Shown here piece after piece: positions 57,584-64,000 of a DNA stretch of 64,000 nt. Where the stretch lies: contig DHVS01000011.1 of NCBI GenBank assembly GCA_002412795.1, positions 19,824-83,823 of the forward strand. The letters run 5' to 3'. How positions within the stretch are numbered: position 1 is the stretch's first letter; each line of letters opens with the position of its first letter. This DNA is from a bacterium UBP2_UBA5202 (GTDB lineage: Bacteria; Edwardsbacteria; AC1; EtOH8). The notes below the pieces were generated by a model. The model was not told the DNA's origin and ran no database searches. It saw only the letters and a list, made by a program, of their open reading frames with translations. The translations under genes and the position numbers were made by a program.

Positions 57584-58195
57584 ATGAGCTTAGTCCCATT
57601 TGTGATCGAGCAGAGCGGCCGCGGCGAGCGGGCCTACGACATCTATTCCCGGCTGCTAAAGGACCGGATCATCTTCATCGGTTCACCCATCGACGACGTG
57701 GTGGCCAACCTGATCATCGCCCAGCTGCTGTTCCTGGAGGCCGAGGACCCGGAAAAGGACATCCAGTTCTACATCAATTCCCCCGGGGGCTCGGTCACCT
57801 CGGGCATGGCCATCTACGACACAATCCAGTACATCAAGTCCGACGTGGTCACCATCTGCATGGGGATGGCCGCCAGCATGGGAGCCCTGCTGCTGGCCGC
57901 CGGCGCCAAGGGCAAACGCTTTGCCCTGCCCAATTCACGGATCATGATCCACCAGCCTTTGGGCGGGGTGCAGGGCCAGGCCACCGACATCGACATCCAC
58001 GCCAAGGAGATCCTTTTGATCCGGGAGAAGCTCAACGGCATCCTGGCCCACCACACCGGGCAGTCGGTGGAGAGGATAGCCAAGGACACCGACCGGAATT
58101 TTTGGATGTCGTCCGACGAGGCCAAGGAATACGGGATTATTGACGATATCATGAAGACCAGGATCCACGCATTGAAGAATGAAGATAAAAAGTAA
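57584..58195 (+). CDS. clpP: ATP-dependent Clp protease proteolytic subunit
   Basis: [11 protein letters not shown]...[17 protein letters not shown]...MHQP signature with Ser-His-Asp triad. Confidence 0.9.
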   Translation: MSLVPFVIEQSGRGERAYDIYSRLLKDRIIFIGSPIDDVVANLIIAQLLFLEAEDPEKDIQFYINSPGGSVTSGMAIYDTIQYIKSDVVTICMGMAASMGALLLAAGAKGKRFALPNSRIMIHQPLGGVQGQATDIDIHAKEILLIREKLNGILAHHTGQSVERIAKDTDRNFWMSSDEAKEYGIIDDIMKTRIHALKNEDKK

Positions 58196-58214
58196 CCGGT
58201 TCCTGGAGCATAAA

Positions 58215-58249
58215 AGCCGCCCCGCTGAAAGCAGGGCGGCTTTGTTTTG
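58215..58249 (+). terminator. rho-independent terminator after clpP
   Basis: GCCGCCCCGCTG..CAGGGCGGC hairpin followed by TTTGTTTTG. Confidence 0.6.
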
Positions 58250-58289
58250 TCCTTGCTTTTAAGCACCCCTCGTTGTAAAATACTTATCT

Positions 58290-58940
58290 ATGCGCATTAC
58301 CATTTTCACATCCCTTTTCATCGCGCTCTTGGCGGGCTGTCTCTTTGCCGGGCCGATCGACATCGTCCGCTTGAAATACGGCGGCGGAGGCGACTGGTAC
58401 AACGATCCCGAGGGAGAGCTAAACCTCCTAAAGGAGTTCTCGGCCCGTACCGGGACCAGCGTCAAGGCCGAAAAGGTCTCGCTCTCGGCCGCCGATGAAG
58501 ACCTGTTCCTGCACCCCTTTTTGTACATCACCGGGCACGGGGAGATAAAGTTTACGGCCCGCGAAGTGGAGCGGCTGAGGCTGTTCCTGGTTTCTGGCGG
58601 CTTCCTCTATGCCGACGACGACTACGGGATGGATGTTTCCTTCCGCCGGGAGCTGAAGCGGGTCTTCCCGGAATCCGAACTGCAGGAACTCCCGCCGGAT
58701 TTTCCGCTATTCACTTGTTATTATGATCTCTCCGCCGGACTGCCCAAGATCCACGAACACGAAAAGGGGAGGCCCAAAGCCTACGGCTTATTTTATCAGG
58801 GGCGGCTGGTGGTCTGCTATACCTTCAACACCAACATCTCCGACGGCTGGACCAACAACCACAACGATCCGGCCGAAAAAAGGGAAGAGGCGTTCAAGGT
58901 GGGCATCAACATCCTGTGGTATGTATTGACCAGGCCTTGA
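58290..58940 (+). CDS. DUF4159-like secreted protein
   Basis: Signal peptide. RLKYGGGGDWYNDP motif typical of DUF4159 proteins found in aerotolerance (Bat)-type clusters. Confidence 0.45.
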   Translation: MRITIFTSLFIALLAGCLFAGPIDIVRLKYGGGGDWYNDPEGELNLLKEFSARTGTSVKAEKVSLSAADEDLFLHPFLYITGHGEIKFTAREVERLRLFLVSGGFLYADDDYGMDVSFRRELKRVFPESELQELPPDFPLFTCYYDLSAGLPKIHEHEKGRPKAYGLFYQGRLVVCYTFNTNISDGWTNNHNDPAEKREEAFKVGINILWYVLTRP

Positions 58941-58948
58941 AGTAAATA

Positions 58949-61900
58949 GTGACAGACAATAACAACATAGGGACTGTAAAGTCAGGACTGAAAGAGGCCG
59001 GTCAGAGATACAGAATTTCTCTGCTCAGAAAACAGCTTTGGCTGGCGGCGCTCCTTTCCCTGGGCTGGTTGCTTTTTTGGCATTGCTTGGATGTGCTGCT
59101 GATCTTGCCTTCCGGCGCCAGGTCTTTTACGGCCCGGTCTTCGCTGTCCCTGGCCGCAGCCGGCGTCATCTACCTGCTGTATCACCTGTTCAAACCGGTC
59201 TCCCCTAAAACGATCGCCGCCATGATCGAAGCCAGGGAACCAAGCTTGCGCCAGGAACTGTCCACCGCCCTGCAATGGGAGGATGCCCAACAGTCCATAG
59301 AAGGCTATTCCCCAGACCTGTTGCAGGCCTTGCAGGACAAAATGACAAAAGCGCTGGACCAGCTGGATCACAAGAAAATATTTCCCGGGCCGGCACGAAA
59401 ACTAAAAACAACCGCTATGGTATTGGCAGTGGTCATGGCTTTGGCCCTGCTGATCTGGCCGGGTTCCTGCAAACTAACCTGGCAAAGGTTCCATGATTCC
59501 AACGGCATCTGCGGCGACTGGGACGGGGTCGAGATTCTGCCCGGTCATGCCCGGCTGGCCCGGGGGGAAACCTTTACGGCGGAGTTGTCTTCAGCCAACC
59601 CGGTTGGTTCGAGGTTTGACCTGCTGATCCAAGAACACAGCCGGTCTCAGAAAATAAAATTCCAGGATGCCGGCAACGGCAGTTTGTCCGCCAGGATGGA
59701 GAATGTCAGCCAAGCCTTTGGCTACCGCATCATCCAGGGCCGCAGACAGAGCGCAGGATATTCAGTTCAGGTCTACCAGCCCCTGACCCTGAGCGATCTG
59801 AAACTGGAGATATCTCCCCCGGCCTATACCGGCATCCGTCCTTATACTCAGGAGAACGACGCCAGCATTACCGCGCCCAGGGGAACCAGAGTATCACTGA
59901 CCGCCCGGGCCAGCCAGCCCCTGCAGACGGCCGGGATGATCCACGACGACGGTTTGGTAAGCGAGGCCCAGGAAATAAAAGACAGTCTTTTCAAACTGAG
60001 TTTCAAGGTTCAAAAAATTTCACGATATCATCTTTGGGCCAAAGGCGGTACCGGGGACACCCTGTTGCACGGACTGGAATATACCATCACCGCGCTGGAG
60101 GACTTGCGGCCCGCCGCCGAGATCCTGGCCCCGGCCGATGACAGCCCCCTTCCCGAAGGGATGCTGGCGGAGATCCAGCTTCGTTTTTCCGACGATTATG
60201 GATTGAGCCGGGCCGTGCTTCATGTCCAGGACACTCAGTTCGAGAAGCTCTACCAGCTAAAAATACACCCTGCAGTTTCCGACACCCGGATATTCTTTAC
60301 CTGGAACAGTTCCGAATCATTCCTGCTGCCGGGCGACTCGGTGCTTTACTGGGCCGAGGCCTGGGACAACGACGCCGTCAGCGGCCCCAAAAGTGCAAAG
60401 TCCAAAATTCAGAAATTCCGGGTGCCCTCCAGGGAAGAATTTTTCAAGTCGGCGGCCCAGGCCGACTCGGCCTATCAGCAGAACCTGGATCAGGCCCAAA
60501 AGCAGAACCAGTCCCTAAAACAGGAGATGGAGCGCTTAAGCCAGGCGGTGAAGGAGAACCGCAAGATGGATTGGCAGCAGAAGGCCGCGGTGGAGGAGGC
60601 CCTGAAGAAGCAGGAGGAACTGGTGGGCCGGATGGAGCAGACCGCCGAGCAGGCCCGTCAGGACGTGAAAAAGGCCCAGGGCTTCAAGTTCGATCCCCAG
60701 ACGGTGGAGAAACTGGCCGAGCTGAAAGAACTCTTTGACCAGGTGGCCAGCGAGGAGATGCGCCGGTCGATGGAGCAGATGCAGCAGGCTCTTCAGAACA
60801 TGGACCGGAAACAGATAGAGAAGGCCCTGGAGAATTTCAAGCTGTCCCAGGAAGACTTTCAGCAAAAACTGGATGCGGCCATCGCCTCGCTTAAGGAACT
60901 CAAGCAGGAGAGGATGCTGTCCCTGCTCAAGCAGGAGGCGGACCGGATGGCGGCCGAGCAGAAGGCGGTCAAGGACAGTCTGGCAAAAGATCCCGGCAAA
61001 GAAGCCTCAAGCAACCTCAAACAAAGACAGGAACAACTGGCCAGGGACCTGGAAACCTCCCTGCAGCAGATGAATGAACTGTCAAAACAGATGGACGAGG
61101 GAAACCGCGAGGCTTCGCAGAAGATGCAGCAGGCCATGCAGAAGGCTCAAGTACAGAAGACCGCCCAAAAGATGCGCCAGGCCGGGCAGAAGATGGAATC
61201 CAAGCAGAACCGGGAAGCACAGGAGCTGCAGCAGGAAGCGTTGACCGACCTGACCGAACTGTCGGCCGGACTGCAGAGCGCCAGGAACACCATGGGCTCC
61301 CAGCGCAGCCAGGCGGCCTCAAAGGCCATGCGGGACAAGGCCAGGGAACTTATAAAACTTTCCCAGCAGCAGGAACAGCTGAACCAGAGGATTCAAAATA
61401 GTTCGGACGACCAGGCCGAGCTGGCCTGGAGACAGCAGGTCTTGCAGAGGCAGGCGGCCAGGGTCAAACAGAAATTGGACGAACTGACCCGGAAGAACTT
61501 TTTGCTTTCGCCCCAGGCGGCCCAGGCCCTGCAGGAGGCCGGCAAGCAAATGGAGAACTCCGCCCAGTCCCTTTCCGAAGGCCGGGGCCAGCAGGCCGGA
61601 ACCAGCGGCAAGACGGCCCAGGGTCTGCTGAACCAGTCGGCCGCGGCGTTGATCCAGTCCTCCTCCAAAAGCGGCGGGTCCTCGGGGTCCGGCGACATGC
61701 TGGGCGACCTGGAGGGCATGTCCGGGATGCAGCAGAACATCAACCAGGCCAGCCAGGGGCTGATGCCCATGCCGGGAGGGGAGCAGGGCGGGATGTCTCA
61801 AGCCGCCCGCAGCCAGATGGCCCGGCTGGCCGCCGAGCAGGAGGCGGTGCGCCAGGGGATGGAGGAGTTCAACCAGAAATACGGGGGCCGGCCGGACCGG

Positions 61901-62218
61901 GCCGGCCAGCTGGACGACCTGACGCAGGAGATGGAGAAGGTGGTGGAGGACCTGAAGAAGAACAATGTCAGCCGCCAGACCATAGAGCGGCAGGAGAAGA
62001 TCTTGGCCAGAATGCTTTCGGCCGGGCATTCATTAAAGGAACAGGACACCTCGCCCCAGCGGCAGGCTCAGCCGGGGGAATACCAGGCGCCGGGCCGGCC
62101 GGCAAAACCGAACCAGGGCGACCCGGCCTGGAAGAATCTGCCGGACTGGAGAAACCAGCCGTATCCGTTGGAATACAGGGAACTGCTGGAGAAGTATTAC
62201 CGGTCGCTGGGTCAGTGA
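58949..62218 (+). CDS. large membrane-anchored coiled-coil protein (about 1089 aa), BatD-like?
   Basis: N-terminal TM helices. Long Q/A/E/K-rich coiled-coil C-terminal half. Confidence 0.5.
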   Translation: MTDNNNIGTVKSGLKEAGQRYRISLLRKQLWLAALLSLGWLLFWHCLDVLLILPSGARSFTARSSLSLAAAGVIYLLYHLFKPVSPKTIAAMIEAREPSLRQELSTALQWEDAQQSIEGYSPDLLQALQDKMTKALDQLDHKKIFPGPARKLKTTAMVLAVVMALALLIWPGSCKLTWQRFHDSNGICGDWDGVEILPGHARLARGETFTAELSSANPVGSRFDLLIQEHSRSQKIKFQDAGNGSLSARMENVSQAFGYRIIQGRRQSAGYSVQVYQPLTLSDLKLEISPPAYTGIRPYTQENDASITAPRGTRVSLTARASQPLQTAGMIHDDGLVSEAQEIKDSLFKLSFKVQKISRYHLWAKGGTGDTLLHGLEYTITALEDLRPAAEILAPADDSPLPEGMLAEIQLRFSDDYGLSRAVLHVQDTQFEKLYQLKIHPAVSDTRIFFTWNSSESFLLPGDSVLYWAEAWDNDAVSGPKSAKSKIQKFRVPSREEFFKSAAQADSAYQQNLDQAQKQNQSLKQEMERLSQAVKENRKMDWQQKAAVEEALKKQEELVGRMEQTAEQARQDVKKAQGFKFDPQTVEKLAELKELFDQVASEEMRRSMEQMQQALQNMDRKQIEKALENFKLSQEDFQQKLDAAIASLKELKQERMLSLLKQEADRMAAEQKAVKDSLAKDPGKEASSNLKQRQEQLARDLETSLQQMNELSKQMDEGNREASQKMQQAMQKAQVQKTAQKMRQAGQKMESKQNREAQELQQEALTDLTELSAGLQSARNTMGSQRSQAASKAMRDKARELIKLSQQQEQLNQRIQNSSDDQAELAWRQQVLQRQAARVKQKLDELTRKNFLLSPQAAQALQEAGKQMENSAQSLSEGRGQQAGTSGKTAQGLLNQSAAALIQSSSKSGGSSGSGDMLGDLEGMSGMQQNINQASQGLMPMPGGEQGGMSQAARSQMARLAAEQEAVRQGMEEFNQKYGGRPDRAGQLDDLTQEMEKVVEDLKKNNVSRQTIERQEKILARMLSAGHSLKEQDTSPQRQAQPGEYQAPGRPAKPNQGDPAWKNLPDWRNQPYPLEYRELLEKYYRSLGQ

Positions 62219-62262
62219 CAGACATTTGCCACCAAGACACAAAGACACAAAGCTAAAAGAAA

Positions 62263-63786
62263 ATGTCTCATAAAATCCATATAATAATAATCTTATTGCT
62301 GACCACAGCGTTTGCACGGGCCCAGAAGCCGATTCAAAAGCCCGACCAAAAACTTTGGCAGGAGGCCGCGGCTTTGGCCAAGGCCGGCCAGCATCCCGCC
62401 GCGCTGGAAAAATACCAGACCGTCTTAAAACCGGTCAAGGACCAAAACCTCTTCCGGCAGGCGGCCACCACATTACAGAACAGCGGGGCCAAGGACGAGC
62501 ACCTGAAGCTCTATCTTTGGAGCCGCAAAACCCTGAAGAACAAAAAAGCCTTTGCCCGGGAGCTGGCCGAGATCTACTCGGCCCAATTAAGCTACCCCCA
62601 GGCCTTGCCGGAATGGGCCGTAACTTTTGAAACCCTGCCCGATATCGCCCGGCTTAAGATAGAAGAGATCGCCCCGGTGTTCGGTTACCTGCCCGCCGCC
62701 AAACTGCTGGAGGATGCCGGCGAGTCCAAGAGCGACGCCTGGCAGGCCCTGCTGTCAGGACTTTACCTTAAAGGCTCCGATCTTAAGCGGGCCTGGGACC
62801 GCTGCAAAAGGATCTCCGACAAAAATGTTTCGGGAACGATCTTGCGGCGGCTTTTGAATTCCCCCGGCCTTTCCTCCAACCTGGCCATTGACATCGTAAC
62901 TGAATACATCTCCCAAGTGCCCCCGGACAAGAATTACTGGCAGCACCGTCTGGCCGGACTGCTGGCAGAGAACGGCCAAACCGACAAGGCCGAGCAGGTC
63001 TACCGCAGCATGAATGACGGCCGGGCCGGGCTGGAGCTGTCCCGTCTGTTGCTGGAGCAAAGCCATAAGCCGGGCGAAGCGCTGGAGATCGTCAAAAGCA
63101 GACAAAGATCATGGACCGATTCCCTTAAAACCGAAGGCCAGTTCCTAAAGGCCCGCTGCTACATAGCCCTGGACCTGCCCGACAGCGCCAGGGCGGTCTA
63201 TTCTGCCCTCAGCGATTCCACCAAACCGGTAAAGGTGCGCCAGCCGGCCCTCTTCCATTCCGGGGAGCAGTCCCTGATGAACGGAGACTTTGACGGCGCC
63301 CTGGCGTTCTACCGGCAGGCGGCGGCCCTGGGTTCGGACAATGACGTGGTCAACGATGCCCTGTCACGATTACTCTTGATTAGTGACCATAAAACTGATA
63401 AAATAAATCTTTTACAGGAATGGGCCAAAGGATTCAAACTCCAATCCCAGTTCAGGTATCCCCAGGCGGTGGCGTCCTATAAACAGGTGATCCAAAGCGA
63501 CACTTTTGGCCAGCTGGCCGACCTGTCCCTGAACAGCTTGGCGGGAATTTCCTTAAGCGCCCGGGATCATAAAAAAGCGGCCGAATACTGGGGCAGGCTG
63601 TTCAGCACCTCAAAAGATTCCTCACTGGCGGCCGAGGCCTGCTACCAGCGGGGCCTGCTGCTTAGGGACAGGCTGTCCGACCCCAAGGAAGCGCTTAAGT
63701 GCTGGGAGGAAGGGGTCATCAAATATCCGGCCACCTCCTGGGCCGAGTTGATGCGCGAGGAACTGGGCAAGGGGACCAAGCACTAA
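62263..63786 (+). CDS. TPR repeat protein with signal peptide
   Basis: Signal peptide. Multiple TPR-like helical repeats. Confidence 0.55.
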   Translation: MSHKIHIIIILLLTTAFARAQKPIQKPDQKLWQEAAALAKAGQHPAALEKYQTVLKPVKDQNLFRQAATTLQNSGAKDEHLKLYLWSRKTLKNKKAFARELAEIYSAQLSYPQALPEWAVTFETLPDIARLKIEEIAPVFGYLPAAKLLEDAGESKSDAWQALLSGLYLKGSDLKRAWDRCKRISDKNVSGTILRRLLNSPGLSSNLAIDIVTEYISQVPPDKNYWQHRLAGLLAENGQTDKAEQVYRSMNDGRAGLELSRLLLEQSHKPGEALEIVKSRQRSWTDSLKTEGQFLKARCYIALDLPDSARAVYSALSDSTKPVKVRQPALFHSGEQSLMNGDFDGALAFYRQAAALGSDNDVVNDALSRLLLISDHKTDKINLLQEWAKGFKLQSQFRYPQAVASYKQVIQSDTFGQLADLSLNSLAGISLSARDHKKAAEYWGRLFSTSKDSSLAAEACYQRGLLLRDRLSDPKEALKCWEEGVIKYPATSWAELMREELGKGTKH

Positions 63787-63891
63787 ATGCACATTTCAAA
63801 ATTCAAAGTGCAAAACTTAAAATACCAGGCATTACTACTTTAATACTCCGTACATTAATACTTTTAAAATATAAAAAATTAAGGAACCATC

Positions 63892-64000
63892 ATGGCTAAA
63901 GAGCACAAGCTTTTAATGAACCCCAAGTCGATCTGGGAGACAGCCAAGGAAAGCGACAAGAAGAATTTCTTTGCCCTGGCCAAGGACTATTCGGTCTTTT
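63892..64000 (+). CDS. hypothetical protein (3' partial at window end)
   Basis: ATG with AAGGAA upstream. ORF runs off the window. Confidence 0.3.
   Translation, partial: MAKEHKLLMNPKSIWETAKESDKKNFFALAKDYSVF

Overview
Two-part window. Positions 1-29.6 kb look like the right-hand portion of an integrated mobile/defence island. It starts with an ArdC-like antirestriction gene (partial) and a RadC-like JAB gene, and ends with an XRE repressor, a putative Rep protein, an excisionase-like HTH, a tyrosine integrase and a tRNA-Met(CAU) followed by a strong hairpin terminator. Inside the island are several defence-type modules:
- An AT-rich sub-island (~1.1-5.3 kb) encoding an Abi_C-like protein, a GmrSD-like DUF262/DUF1524 type IV restriction enzyme, and a SIR2_2-like protein whose start overlaps the GmrSD stop.
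- A GC-rich non-coding stretch (~5.76-6.29 kb) that ends in a terminator and contains a perfect 18-bp palindrome, flanked upstream by 39-bp direct repeats around a tiny ORF.
- A tightly coupled three-gene operon: a small caspase-like(?) protein, an Hsp70-like ATPase with a beta-sandwich and TPR tail, and a minimal UvrD-like SF1 helicase. I do not recognise this as a named defence system; it is the best candidate for an undescribed system.
- A CHAT/caspase-like protein, a TPR protein and a PPP-family metallophosphoesterase.
- A split Type ISP-like R-M module (PLD-nuclease+SNF2 helicase, then an Eco57I/PglX-like N6-adenine methyltransferase of ~1135 aa) followed by an ADP-ribosylglycohydrolase.
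Positions 29.6-64 kb are GC-rich chromosomal housekeeping genes: amidohydrolase, ABC-F, secreted endonuclease I with a T9SS C-terminal domain, two ABC exporters, RsgA, TlpA-like redoxin, Fn3-repeat lipoprotein, an outer-membrane protein, UbiA-like prenyltransferase, MEMO/AMMECR1, YgiQ radical SAM, adenylate cyclase, tandem SAM-MTase paralogs, CCA-adding enzyme, tRNA-Leu(UAG), tig, clpP, and a DUF4159/coiled-coil/TPR cluster. The T9SS domain hints at an FCB-group-like or candidate-phylum lineage. All calls rest on motifs read by eye; no searches were run.
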